A stretch of DNA of 64,000 nucleotides. Source: the human T2T-CHM13v2.0 reference genome, Homo sapiens. A program made the position numbers and the translations under genes. The notes below the pieces were generated by a model that saw only the letters and a program-made list of their open reading frames with translations, was not told where the DNA came from and searched no databases. This document shows, in pieces, positions 25,839-41,215 of this stretch (position 1 is its first letter; each line of letters opens with the position of its first letter). The stretch lies in NCBI RefSeq assembly GCF_009914755.1, contig NC_060929.1. One strand, written 5' to 3'.

Positions 25839-28163
25839 TATTAGTCCATTCCATAATCTTAACTGGGAACATGACTGCAAGGCCTCGGGAAACATAGTCA
25901 TGGTGAAAGGCAAAGAGGAAGCAAGCGACTTCTTAACATGGTGGCAGGAGAGAGAGAGCGCAAAGCTGGAGATGTCACACACATTCAAACACCAGATCTC
26001 ATGAGAAGTCACTCACTGTTATGAGAACAGTGTGGGGGAAGTCCACTCTCATGATTCAGTCACCTCTCACTAGACCCCTCCCTTGATATATGGGGATTAC
26101 AATTTAAGATTGGATTTGAGTGGAGACACAGAACCAAAGCATTTCATTCCACCCCTAACCCCTCCCAAATCTTATGTCCTTCTCAAAGTTCAAAACAGCC
26201 ACGCCTTCCCAACAGTCCCCACAAAGTCTTAACTCATTCCAGCATTAACCCAAAAATCCAAATCCAAAGTGTCATTTGAGACAAGACAAGTCCCTTCCAC
26301 ATATAAGCCTGTAAAATCATAAACAAGTGAGTTACTTCCAAGATACAATGTGGGTATAGGCATTGGGTAAATGCTCCCATTGCAAAAAGGATAAATTGGC
26401 CAAAACCAAGGGGCTACAGACTCCATACAAGTACAAAACCCAGCAGAGCAGTCAGTAAATCCTACACCTCCAAAATAATCTTCTTTGACTACATGTCTCA
26501 CATGCAGAGCATGCTGATGCAAGGAGTGGGCTCCCAAAGCCTTGAGAAGCTCCAACCCTGTGGCTCTGTAGTATACAGCCCTTGCAGCTGCTTTCACAGG
26601 ATGGCATTTAGGGCCTGCAGCTTCTCCAGAAGCATGGTGCAAACTATCAGTGGATCTATCATTCTGGGGTCTGGAGGATGGTGGCCTTCTTCTCACAGCT
26701 CCACTAGGTAGTGCCCAGTGGGGACTCAGTGTGGGGGCTCCTACAACCTATTTTTCTCTTATACTGGCCTAGTAGTAATTCTCTATGAGGGCTCTGCTCC
26801 TGCAGCAGACTTCTGCCTTGACATCCATTCATTTCCATACATCCTCTGAAATCTAGGCAGAGGTTTCCATACCTCAACTCTTGTCTTCTGTGCATGTGCA
26901 GGCTGAACACCTTGTAGAAGCCACCACGGCTTCGGGCTTGCACGCTCTGAAGCAATGGCCCAAGCTACACCTTGACCCTTTTTAGATATTGCTGAAGCTG
27001 GAGGGGTTAGGACACAGAGCATCATGTCCCAAGGTTGCACAGAGTAGTCGGACCCTGAGCCTGTCCCATGAAACCATTTTTCCTTCCTAGGCCTCCAGGC
27101 CTGTGATGGGAGGGGCTGCTGTGAAGATCTCTGGTATGACTTAAGAGATATTTTCTTTATTGTCTTAGCTATTAACACTTGGCTCCTCTTTACTTACTCA
27201 AATATTTGCAGCCAGCCAGCTTGAATTTCTCCACAGAAAATGTTATTTTATTTTCTACCACATAGTCAGGCTGCAAATTTACAAAATTGTTATGCTCTGC
27301 TTCCCTCTTAAACATAAATTCCAATTTCAGACCATCTCTTTGTGAATGCATACGACTGTATGCTGTGAGAACCTGGCAGGTTAAATCTTGAATGCTTTTC
27401 TGGTTAGAAATTTCTTCTGCCAGATACCCTAAATCACCTCTCTCATGTTCAAAGTTCCACAGATCCCTAGAGCAAGGGCACAATGCCATCAGTCTCTTTG
27501 CTAAAGCATAGCAAGAGTGACCTATGCTCCAGTTCTCAAGAAGATCCTCATTTCCATCTGAAACCACCTCAGCCCGGACTTTACTGTCATATCACTATCA
27601 GAATTTTGGTCAAAACTATTCAACAAGTCTCTAGGAAGTTCCCACCTTTCCCACATCTTACTGTCTTCTTCTGAGCCCTACAAACTACTCCAACCTCTGT
27701 CTGTTACCCAGTTCCAAAGTCACTTCCACGTTTTCAGGTATCTTTACAGCAGTGCCCCATTCTTCTGGTACCAATTTTCTATATTAGTCTGTTCTGACAC
27801 TGCTATAAAGAGCTACTTGAGACTGAGTAATTTATAAAGAAAAGAGGTTTAATTGACTCTCAGTTCCACAGACTTAACAGGAAACATGACTGGGAGGCCT
27901 CAGTAAACTTACAATCACGACAGAAGGTAAAGGGAAGCAAGGCACCTTCTTCACATAGCAGCAGGAGAGAGAAAGAGCAAAGCGACAAGTGCCACACATT
28001 TTCAAACAACCAGATCTCATGAGAACTCACTCACTATCATGAGAACAGCAAGGGGGAAGTCTGTCTTATGATGTAACTACCTCCCACCAGGACCCTCCTC
28101 TGACACATGAGGATTACAATTTGACATGAGATTTGGGTGGGGAAACAGAGCCAACCCATATCA
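25839..28163 (-). mobile_element. Two-LTR MaLR element (MSTA/THE1D-type LTR-int-LTR)
   Basis: LTRs at 25839-26146 (internally deleted) and 27780-28163; internal region 26147-27779; probable TSD tatca. Confidence 0.9.
26229..27567 (-). pseudogene. Fragmented MaLR internal ORF
   Basis: Overlapping frameshifted pieces, e.g. VSDGNEDLLENWSIGHSCYALAKRLMALCPCSRDLWNFE...LGYLAEEISNQKSIQ, the typical MST/THE1 internal ORF. Confidence 0.75.
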
Positions 28164-28379
28164 TATCATAAACACACAAACACACACACAGAAGAGAGAT
28201 AATATGTATATCATATATATAGACACCCATATGTATCTATGTGTATATATAAAGAGATCTATATGTATTTATGTGCATATATATTTATGTATATATATAG
28301 AGAAAAAAACACAAAGAGAAAGAAAGAGAAAGGGACAGTCATTTTTAATAACTTCATTTAATTTTATGTTATGGGTGAA

Positions 28380-29830
<1,451 letters not shown>

Positions 29831-30439
29831 TGTTTAAGTCAAATACACATTAATTTATTATAAATAGACTTGAAAGTCAGCCTTTCTTTGAAGTTGAGTA
29901 AAATTTAGAAATAATTTTACAAAAATAAATAAAAACTGGTTCTGAATATAAAGATAAAGGAAGAAAAGTTAGAAGAAAAATACATATTACAAGAAGAAAG
30001 ACAGGAAAATATAGAGTTCTTTTTAGTTTTAGAACATCTTAGGCAATACAATCTTTGCCTAAATGAGAAAAAAATCTCAGAGTAGAGATTTTAAAAATTG
30101 CAAAAGTCATTAAATAGCATTGAAAAACAATTAAGGTGAGTGAGGAAGAGCTTAAGAAAAGTTAAATAGAGGAAATTGTTACAAATTGCAAGGGTCATTT
30201 TTGAAACAAAAAAATAAAAATTGATTAAACATACCTGAACAGAAGAATAAAAACAAAATAAAAATAAAAGAATCTCAAAATGTACTTTATTGTTCACATG
30301 TATTTAATGTTCCTTACAAAACAAATGGGAAAATGATAAAAAGGAAAATATAATGTAATAATACATTTTCTGGAATAAAATTTAGAATGTAGAAATTGTA
30401 AGCATATAGTTTGTTATGGGCTAAGAATTAAAAGAAATA

Positions 30440-30716
30440 GGCCAGGCATGGTGGCTCACACCTGTAATCCTAGCACTTTGGGAGGCCAAGGCAGGCAGAT
30501 CACCTGAGGTCAGGAGTTCCAGACTAGCCTGGCCAACATGGTGAGACCCCGTCTCTACTAAAAATACAAAAATTAGCCTGGCATGGTGGCAGGCACCTGT
30601 AATTCCAGCTACTCAGGAGGCTAAGGCAGGAGAATCACTTGAACCTGGGAGGTGGAGGTTGCAGTGAGCCATTGCACCCCAGCTTGGGCAACAAGAGCAA
30701 AACTGTCTAAAAAAAC
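30440..30716 (+). mobile_element. AluSq-like
   Basis: aacaagagcaaaact tail motif; TSD gaattaaaa(g)aaata / gaattaaaaggaata. Confidence 0.92.
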
Positions 30717-31239
30717 GAATTAAAAGGAATATCACCAATATACATTCTGGAGAAATTAAAGATAAGACAAGTAACATAGAGGAATGCAGAAACAAACAAT
30801 TGTCTATGAAGATCTGATTTGAAGACAACTTAATCTAAAAATTTCAACTTATCTTCTTTTCCTTTCAGAAACACATATTCCACATAGATTTATATTGAAG
30901 CATATAAGAACAAAAAGCACATGCATCTCTTGAGTGCATTTCAGATATACTATTACATAATAAAGCTTATCTCCCAAGTCAAGAACTCCAGAATGCAGAA
31001 GTATTCATAAAATTAAAAGTTTTGAACACATAATTTATTTTGTACAATGAGGAGAAAACATTTGGGGCTTTAATTACATAATAGACTAGATATAACAAGC
31101 TTTGAAAATATAGATGAAAATATTTTATGTGAACATAAAATGCAAAATTTATGACACCTTTCAAGTCATTATGGTAAAATTAGGTTTTAATTAGTGTATC
31201 ATCAAATAATAAAATACTAGGCAAAGGGGTAAGTATTGA

Positions 31240-31510
31240 TATTGAACAATGCCCATAATTTATTAAATGAAAATAATAATTTTTGATACAGCATATACAA
31301 TTCAAATGCACCTTGGTAAAGTATGATTGTGTGTGTGTGTGTGTGATATGAATATGAATGTGCAGAATTATGTCTAGAAATACATAAAGCAAAACATTAA
31401 GGAGATCTCTGGCTGATAAGATTATAAACGTTTTTCAGTCAAACCTTTCTGTATTGCTTATTTAGAATGTACATGCATTAATTTTTATAAACATGGAAGA
31501 AAAAAGTATA
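31240..31510 (+). mobile_element. L1ME-like 3' end fragment
   Basis: ccataatttattaaatgaaaa...gatctctggctgataagattataaacg...tgtacatgcattaatttttataa. Confidence 0.45.
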
Positions 31511-31535
31511 TATTTATATTTTAAAGGCAAGTCAA

Positions 31536-31999
31536 TATTGCTGGACTGTTCTCCAGGTAGCCTTGGACTAATTCAATTCTCTTCCCTTTCTTGCTTGTAG
31601 CTCCCAAGAATGTAACTGCAGGATGTACTGGGAATGCAATATGGCGAGATAAGAGAGTAGCTGGCCAGAACAGCCCAGGTTCTGTTCCAGTCCCTTCTTA
31701 GAAAAGAATGCCCTTCAATGCTTTTGCCCAATGATTCACATAACCCTGGGCTGTATAAGTCAGAGTGATTTGCAGGGTCCCTTAGCTAGGATGCAAGTGG
31801 GGCACATGCAATCAAGACGCCATCTCCAAGCTGGGCAGCTTTCCTGAGCCCTAGGAGACCAGCTCACAGTGAATCTTAGGCTTCTGTTGTCCCTCGCTGC
31901 TATCTGTAATAAACTCACTTTGTGAAACTTGTGCACATGGGTGTTATGTCTTACCACACAAGATAAGTTGGTAACTAGTCACAGTGAAACTGCTTAATA
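31536..31999 (+). mobile_element. ERVL solo LTR (LTR32/LTR42-like)
   Basis: ggactgttctccaggtagccttggac...ctgggaatgcaa...gagataag...aataaac...gataagttggtaac...cagtgaaactgc. Confidence 0.75.
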
Positions 32000-32715
32000 T
32001 AGCACACACACTTTATATATAAAAATAGATTATAAGATATAGATTGCCTAACAGTGTCAAAGCAACAAACATTTAAACAATATTTAATGAATCATAAATT
32101 TGGAAATGGAACACAGTAATAAGAAAAATCATGATATAGCAAATCATAAAGAACAGTTTGGAGGATGTTGTATGGGATAATCAATTTCAAAATAATATTA
32201 TCCAGGTAATCTGAGAGAACACTGTGTGTTTGTGGCGCAACTCTTCCAATAAGAACATTTCTGTGCATGTTTCAAGCTGAGGGAAACTTTCAGCAAATTG
32301 TTCAATGCATTCTATCTAACCTATTTTCTTGGATTTAAGAGATAAATAGCCTCAAAGAAAATCAATTATTGTCAGTTAACCTTAGGTTTGAAAATAAAAA
32401 CATATATAATTGTGACAATTTGTTTAATTCTGTGGCGCTGGCATAGCCTCAGTAGTAAATGGAGATTTAGAAGTGCAACTGGGGCCATTGGTACCCGTTA
32501 CATTAAGAAAGGAAGGAGATTCTGAATGCTCCTTTAGGTATAAAGATTATTTGATTTGATATCCCTGTGGGTGGTATGTGTCAAGAGAGAAAAACGGATT
32601 CCATTTCACATGTGAGCTAACTTTGGATGTTAAGAGAAGCAAGTTATAGGAAGAAGTTTGGAGACCATAGATTAGGGACTTATTCAGTCCCTAAATAATT
32701 CAGAATGTTTAGTTC

Positions 32716-32817
32716 TATGTGTTTCGTTGTTCATAATAACTTATGATGAACAATGAAACACATATTTAGTGTTTAACTAAAAGTAATAACTTTATTATGA
32801 ACAACTAAACACATATT
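32716..32817. repeat. 24-bp-arm palindrome plus a third direct copy
   Basis: Arms 32716-32739 and 32741-32764 (22/24 complementary, 1-nt loop); third copy at 32792-32815. Confidence 0.9.
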
Positions 32818-33359
32818 AGAGAGGAAAAAAATTGTAATACATTATTATACATATCTGAAGTAGGTGAAAAATAAAGTAATATAATTGAAGACACCAATGA
32901 AAGCAATAAACTTTCACACTTTAGTTCTATGGATCATTAATGTAAGTTAATATGTTACATTTCCTGCAATGTATCCTGATACATCAATGTGTTTTTCACA
33001 GCAGCAAGGGGTGCTTTTGCTTCTGTTGCCCACTTGAGTACTGTACTAGGATGGGCCTGAGGATGCTATTCATTGCCTTGGGCCTGATGCTGTGTCACAG
33101 GCCTAGGCCAGGTCACCTTTCTTCAACCTCTTTCCTGAGAATCAACACAAGGGCTATCACACCTCTTACGACTGTCTTTCTTACTAGCCCCTGTACTTTT
33201 TTTTGCTTTAACAAACACATTAACTGCAAGCCAAAATATACTTTTGTGAAATTAAAAAAATGGGAAGGGGGGACCTAATGTCCTTTTCTGTGTAGATAAA
33301 ATTCTTACACTGAACATTCCTCTTAAGAGAAAAAACCCCTTTCAAAAAGTTAGATATAG

Positions 33360-33693
<334 letters not shown>

Positions 33694-33810
33694 AAAAGGG
33701 AATATTTTATAAATGAAGCCTGTAAGAACTCTGTTTATTGACCAAAACGTTATCCCAAATTAACCTGGGTAAAATCTGCTAAAATATTATCCATTGTAAT
33801 GTTTAAATAC

Positions 33811-33947
33811 CTTTCCTTCTCTCCCTGGCCACTGCCTGACAAACTCTGTTAGGACAACTCTTTTGGGGAATTTTGGCATATGTCCTTGATAATTTGATGA
33901 GGCAGGAACTCAGGACTTCCTTCTGTTGAAGGTGCCTGTGAGCTGAG
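33811..33947 (-). other. Candidate 137-nt exon
   Basis: Acceptor ttcccttgtag and donor aaag|gtattt; higher GC than its flanks; one frame confirmed open. Confidence 0.3.
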
Positions 33948-35442
33948 CTACAAGGGAAGCTCATGGAAGTGCAGATATGGTGGAGAAACTCACACTGCAT
34001 TATACTTACACTTCCAAAAGCAAGTAGCCTTTAAAATAAGTAGTATTATTACTCCCATTCTGCATGGGAGACCTTAGGTGAGACATGTTTAAAATAAATA
34101 GCATGTAATTAGAGCCTCATGACAAAATGAATGCTTTGCTAGCAAACATGGAAGAAGACAGACTCAAGAAGTACTGGCCAAACAACGAAAAAGAAGTTCT
34201 CCTTCATGGCTTTTTTCTTTTTAAATAGAACGTAAGTAATTATATTTTAAAATCCTATCATAAGAGCAATAAAATCAGTACAGTAAACTTAGGAAAGAGT
34301 AAATGCATGGAAGGTTATCAGCACCAAATTAGATTTTCATATAATTGAGCTAATCATACATAAGACAAACTTATAAGTGAAAACTGACGTTCTTTTCTCC
34401 AAATTCACATATCTCCACATTTTCATGGGTGAGAAACATATTATATTAATGCTAACCTTTTCATTAATGAGATGCATCTTAAATATATTATAGCTTATTA
34501 TAGCTTGCTATACTTATCTTAGCTCTTTTAAACTTTAAATCAATGTAGTTTTTCCCTTGATCAATATGCTGCTTAATAAAAAGCAAGCATTCACATTAAA
34601 AACAAAAAATATCTTCATAGGATATTCCACAATAAATACAAGAATTTTAGTACTACACTTTTATTATTTAACAGCTAATAAAATTATTTTTAACTAAGAT
34701 TTGGAAACTTTAAAAAATGCTAAACACCAATTGAGATCCATATAATACAAAATGTTCTAACCATGCAGCAAAACAAAGTATCTAACGAGAAGCATGTGTT
34801 CAAATAAAAACAAAACTTTCCCTGATTTAAAAATATAAGGTTAACATTGCCCTCTTCTGGTTTCTTATTCAAATAAGAATACCTACCATGATGTCAAATA
34901 TCACATTCCAAGTCATAAAGCAGCAACTATGGAACTGGAAAACAATCTATAATACTATATGCAGGCAGGTATAGGATGAGGACATATTTCACCTGAGGGA
35001 GCTGCTTGGTCAGAGTTAGAGAGAACTTGACTAGTATTTGGCTCACAGGGACAAGTTAATGAAGGCCTAATGTTCAACAAGGATATATAATAGTAAGATT
35101 ATTAACACATAATTTTATTTCTAGCTACTTCTTCTTTATCTGCCTCTCTGACAGCCCCTCTCCCTTCCATAAACACAGATCTTCTTAAGGAACTCAAGAA
35201 AAGAGCAAATTTAACCATATTCCTTGGAAAAATAAACTGTCACCATGCAGACTAGAAGGAAGGTTTCTCAGAGATTTCCACCATTGCTGCTTCCTTATAC
35301 TTGGTCATGGTCCCTAGAAAATTCAACCAAGGGCAGATGAACCCAGAGACCAGGGCACAAGTTCATCTTTGGATGCTCAGAGGCTTGATGTTATGTTAGC
35401 TTTCATGTACTGCTTATCAAATAATAGAAAACACACACACAC

Positions 35443-35735
35443 CGGTGGCTCATGACTATAATCCCAGCACTTTGGGAGAGGCCAAGCTAGGTGGATCGCT
35501 TGAGGTCATGAGCCGGAGACCAGCCTGGACAACATGGTGAAACACCATCTCTACTACATGCACAAAAAATTAGCTAGGCTTGATGGCGCAATCTGCAGTC
35601 CTAGCTACTCAGGAGGCTGAAGCAGGAGTATCACTTGAACCTGGGAGGAGGAGGTTGCAGTGAGCCAAGATCGCATCACTGCACTCTAGCCTGGGAGACT
35701 AAGCGAGATTCTATCTCAAAAAAAAAAAAAAAAAA
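35443..35735 (+). mobile_element. Alu (older S/J type), slightly 5' truncated
   Basis: Dimeric Alu with poly(A). Confidence 0.92.
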
Positions 35736-35747
35736 GGAGTAAAGGAA

Positions 35748-35780
35748 ACATACACACACACACACAAACACACACACACA

Positions 35781-35813
<33 letters not shown>
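35748..35813. repeat. (CA)n microsatellite, interrupted
   Basis: Read directly from the sequence. Confidence 0.95.
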
Positions 35814-35815
<2 letters not shown>

Positions 35816-36542
35816 CTGTTTGAGTAAAATTCTAACTGACTTCTAACATTCCAATCTTGTGGTCCCTCAATTCCTGGAAAAGAAGTCAGAATGGCTCTTT
35901 CTCCTTAAATTTCTAAATAAATAAAATAAAAAAATTAACAGGGAAACAAATTCTAGGTTCATTATTAAATATTATTTCTGAGACTAGTTCTAGTAGGGCT
36001 GAGGTATAACAATCAATATAAATATAAATCAATATAAATATGCCAGTCCAGTTCTTTTTCATACTGTAAGATACATAAGGTCAATCTGAACACTTTTGTA
36101 TATATATGTTTTATTTATTGCTACTCTAGCATCTTGGAACAGCATAAGTTTTGCCACTAGAGGGTCTCTCTTCACCCCAAGGGAGAGAACTTGCTGCAGA
36201 ATTGTATTTAGGATGATATTCCTGAACAACTACATCATTATCTGAAGGTGGCTCCTATCCTGGAATACCGCTGGTGAGCCTCTGTTAGGGTCATGAGAAC
36301 ATCACATCTTGTGCAACATGAGCTTATTTCCCGACTGGTTCTCAAAATAGTCATCAGGGAGGTATTTAGAAAGTAGCAAGATACCAATCATTGTTATTTC
36401 TCTCTGTCCTCCCCCTACCCTGCATTCTCTCTTTCTCCCCTCTTTTAAGTAAAAGAACCTTGACTCCACTACTCCTTAAAAATAAATAGAATTTATCCAA
36501 CTACAGGTAAGGTTAATTTGTTGCAACAGGAAATTTTAGAAA

Positions 36543-36607
36543 TTACTGGATGACACACTGTCAAATTTTGGAGGCTAACTTAAGTTACTGGATGACATAC
36601 TGTCAAA
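36543..36607. repeat. 23-bp direct repeat, period 42
   Basis: ttactggatgaca(c/t)actgtcaaa at 36543 and 36585. Confidence 0.85.
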
Positions 36608-36663
36608 AGTTCATTCAATGTTTTTATCTCTTTGAGGCATGCACATAATTAAAATCATTGTAT

Positions 36664-36975
36664 AGCCAGGAGCAGTGTCTCACGCCTGTAATCCCAACAC
36701 TTGGGGAGGCCAAGGTGGGCAGATCACTTGAGGTCAGGAGTTTGAGACCAGCCTTGCCAACATGGCAAAACACCATCTCTGCTGAAAATTAAAAAAAAAA
36801 AATAGCCAGGCGTGGTGGCGTGTGCCTGTAATCCCAGCTACTCAGGAGGCTAGGGCACAAGAATTGCTTGAATCCAGGAGGCAGAGGTTGAAGTTAGTGA
36901 GATCGCACCACTGCACTCCAGCCTGGGCGACAGAGCAAGACTCTGTCTTAAACAAACAAACAAACAAACAAAAAA
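36664..36975 (+). mobile_element. AluS with (AAAC)n tail
   Basis: Dimeric Alu. Confidence 0.93.
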
Positions 36976-38869
36976 GCATCGTGCGTATATTCAGATCATA
37001 TGCTACTAGAACATACATTCCACCTTACAGTTCACATGCACTGAACTATCATAACTTACTGAAACATAGTTTCAGTATAATCCCTATATAATACACAACC
37101 TCAGCCATGAAGATATAAGCTGCTTCTAGCAGGTAAAATTTATTTTTGTTTTGCTGTTGTTAGGGAAAGGGAGCAGGGCTAGACTCCCCTTGTCCTGATT
37201 AGCATTCTACATCATCAGTCTTGACAGTAGGAAATGTACACACTTTCTGTGATTTCGTGGTATGCATTTCATGAAATGCTCAGCATGAGGGTTCCTGGAA
37301 CTCTTAAAACACATTTAGAATTCCCTAACCAGGCAGGCATGAACAGCACTCATCCTGCAAGCTTCGAGGTAAGAAGAGAAATAATAAAAAGCAAGGGATA
37401 GTTACTATTTAGAATGTATACTCAACCCTGTAAAACAGACTTCCCTTTTCTAACCCCGGATACATTTAGCATAAGGGGGTATAAAGCCCAGGAATATATC
37501 ACTTAGAGTGATACCTTATGTGTAAACACAAGCTTTTTAAAAAGAGTATGCTGATAAAGTGTTTACTCTGATGAGAAGTAAATCTAGCCTGTATATAGGA
37601 AGACAGATAACAATTCACTTTTGAGAATTCTAGAGTTTGCTGAATGAGAAATTATTTGGAGTTTCTTGACAATCTCTGTACGATGAAATCCAAAAGTATG
37701 AAAAGGGAGAAAGACAACAGAATTGCCTGCATTGCACAAACTCAGAGCAATAGAAACAGTGATGGCTTTAGGGAAAAAAGTACAGCAGTGCGACATCAAT
37801 CACAATATTCCTCTGAACAAAAGGGCTTGTGAATTAAATAGAATAGAATATCATGCTCTCTTTTTGCTAAGAAAATGCATTTTCTTACACAATGTCTTAT
37901 ATAAGAAAATAGATACAAGGATGCAGAAACTGTAAACACTGCACTTCTCTTCACCCAGCAGAGAGACTGAAATACCTAATTGCAATGTGAATTAAATTTC
38001 TATATGAGAGCTTCAGTTTTCTGTATGCAATTTCATTTGTCATAAAGCAATCAGAAATACCAGCTGACCTCTGTGATGACCAATAAAGTCTATGACATCA
38101 TCATCTTTTGCTCATGAAATAATTAAGGAAATAGAACATATGCAGGAAAATTGCTGACTTTGATATAACAGCTACTTCATGTTTATGACAGTTATTCATA
38201 CGTTTCGTATCACAGATTTCCTCCAAAATATTCATAAACAAAACTAGTTTCCAAAGTATCATTTTCTGTAATAGCAATAAGAAAAAATAGTAGAATACTT
38301 TATAGAAAACTATTAAGAAGTCTTTAAATTTCTGGGAAGTATAAATATAAAATAAAATAAGATGGCAATAACTTAATTTTATTTCTTATCGATATGGTCC
38401 AAGTACAAACATTATCAACTATGTGGAATATTCTAGAGAGTCAAAGGTATAGTTTCCTTGGATTAAGTCAACTTGTACCCTCTAAACCTTAGCTTTAGAG
38501 AGTTCTAGGATTTCCAAAGGAGGAGAGTGGGCTCAGGTACATTATGTAGAACATTCTGATTTGTGTACATTTCTGGTTTCTCCTCATATATTTGCTCATT
38601 ATTGTAATGGTTTAAATTTGTACCATTCAAAGTTCTTTCAAAGATGGGACACTATGCATATTTAAAGAAACAATCACAGAATATGCCAAAGACCCATATC
38701 CCCTGATCCCAGTGCTATCACAAAAATGGCATTACTAGCTATCACTAATTCTAGTGAGCCATCTAATGATCTTAGCCAAATAACTTTATCTGGGTTTTAT
38801 TACTTAATCTATACTGGATAGATTAGATAGATTAATATTTGAGTTGCTCATTTATTGTTTATGATTATC

Positions 38870-39438
38870 CATTTTACTATTTGATAATTGTCTTTTCTTG
38901 GGGGGAAGAAACCATCCTTTCCCCATACTTATTTCATGTAGGTTTGGCAGGGACAGTGCTGACTTCCCCAAACCTCTCAACACATTCCCCACCTTGTAGT
39001 AGACACAGAACTCTGGCCTGACCAGTCAGTATCTTCCATTCTTTGGGCTGAAACAATTATCCCAGGGATGGAAATGTAACCCAAGTCATCCCAATAAAAG
39101 TCAAACTCAAGAATTATGCTAATATTATTCAATATGCCACTTACTTTCTGTAAGTTGTTAGGCAGTGGAATGCTAAAACAAAACTTTTGATGACAATATC
39201 AGACACTGTATGAAGTCAACTATCTCAAACAGAAGGAGAATAAAAGAAAAGTAGAGCTACAAAATGAAGAGATCATGTTTGGATATTGTTATTTGAGATC
39301 CTGAATCCAGATTGACGGAAGCTAGCTAGATTGAATATTATGAACTCTGCAGTTACATAAGCCCCCCAAATTCCAACTGAAAATTAGAATTTAAATTAGT
39401 ATTTTATTATTTGTAGTACACTAGTCCTAAATAAAATA
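38870..39438 (+). mobile_element. MLT1K/L-type old MaLR LTR
   Basis: ggcctgaccagtcag...cagggatggaaatgtaacccaag...ctgaatccag...cagttacataagcc...gtcctaaataaaata. Confidence 0.6.
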
Positions 39439-40238
39439 ATCAAAAGAAGTAGAAGCAAAGGAATTATATTATTCATATAATATGGATAATTAAATTCCAT
39501 TGATATACTTTGCTTAATTCTTGGACAAAAAATACTACTACTAACTTGTAATTCATATATTTTATAAAAGGTCTATATAATAAACATGAAATTATATCCA
39601 TATTTTAAAGGTACACTTGTTAAATTGATTTTGTTTATATTTACATCTGATCTTGCAATAATTTGACTCATCTAAATCATTCCACTATATTCAGTAATGA
39701 TTATTGTACAACTAAGTCTTTAAATACCAGTTTATCAGAAACTAAAAGAACTTAGCATCTTTCTCTAAATTTCTAATTTACTTTCTCAATTAACTTATAT
39801 GCAAATTATCCTCACTTATTATTTGCTCTAATTATTTGTTGGAGATCTTTTATGCATTCAAGAAATTAGTACTGTGCACCAAGTTCACTCCTAGTTCAAG
39901 ATCTACATCCCTCAAGAACTCACATTCATTAGACAATTTAAAAATAAACCATTTTTAAAATTTATTTTGAATGGGCTAAACATAAAAAGGTTTCCAAGAT
40001 AAAAGGATAGAACTTAAATGAGCTGAAGATACAAAAAGTAGATTTGGAGAGGTGGAAGTTTTGGGACAGTAAAATAAAGCATATAGGAGCACCTGTAGGA
40101 AGTGAAGAAAGTATTTAAAGAGGAAAAAATAAACTGTAGAAAGTGGAAAAAGGATTTAAACAGGAAAAAATAAAAGAATGCCTTATTCACTTTGAGAGAC
40201 ATCAAACTGTCTATCCAAATATCTTTAAAATACTCTCA

Positions 40239-41215
40239 ACCTGAGTTCAAATTTGATTGCATTGTGGTCTGAGAGAGAGTTTGTTGTGATTTCTGTTCTT
40301 TTACATTTGCTGAGTGCTTTACTTCCAATTATGTGGTCAATTTTGGAATAAGTGTGATGTGGTGCTGAGAAGAATGTATATTCTGTTGATTTGGGGTGGA
40401 GAGTTCTGTAGATGTCTATTAGGTCTGCTTGGTGCAGAACTGAGTTCAAGTCCTGGATATCCTTGTTAACCTTCTGTCTCGTTGATCTGTCTAATATTGA
40501 CAGTGGGGTGTTAAAGTCTCCCATTATTATTGTGTGGGAGTCTAAGTCTCTGTATAGGTATCTCAGGACTTGCTTTATGAATCTGGGTGCTCCTGTATTG
40601 GGTGCATATATATTTAGGATAGTTAGCTCTTCTTGTTGAATTGATCCCTTTACCATTGTGTAATAGCCTTCTTTGTCTCTTTTGATCTTTATTGGTTTAA
40701 AGTCTGCTTAATCAGAGACTAGGATTGCAACCCCTGCTTTTTTTTTTTGCTTTCCATTTACTTGGTAGATTTTCCTCCATCCCTTTATTTTGAGCCTATG
40801 TGTGTCTCCGCATGTGAGATGGGTCTCCTGAATACAGCACACTGATGGGTCTTGACTCTTTATTCAATTTGCCAGTCTGTGTCTTTTAACTGGAGCATTT
40901 TGCCCATTTACATTTAAGGTTAATATTGTTATGTGTGAATTTGATCGTGTCATTATGATGTTAGCTGTTTATTTTGCCCATTAGTTCATGCAGTTTCTTC
41001 CTAGCATCAATGGTCTTTACAATTTGGCATGTTTTTGCAGTGGCTGTTACCGGTTTTTCCTTTCCATGTTTAGTGCTTCCTTCAGAATGTAAATGACAAG
41101 TTAATGGGTGCAGCAAACCAACACGGCACATGTATACACATGTAACAAACCTGCGTGTTGTGCACATGTACCCTAGAACTTAAAGTATAATTTAAAAATA
41201 AATAAATAAATAAAA
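40239..41215. mobile_element. 5'-inverted L1PA (about L1PA5): antisense ORF1-end/ORF2-endonuclease segment plus sense 3' tip
   Basis: 40239-41085 is minus-strand L1 (ORF 40225-40656 carries the endonuclease motif NIYAPNTGAP...SDHNAIK); 41086-41215 is the plus-strand 3' end and A-tail; TSD taaaatactctca at 40226-40238 and 41216-41228. Confidence 0.92.

Noticed and set aside
40225-40656. 143-aa endonuclease-like ORF
   Set aside because: A fragment of L1 ORF2 within a truncated, inverted L1PA; not a host gene.
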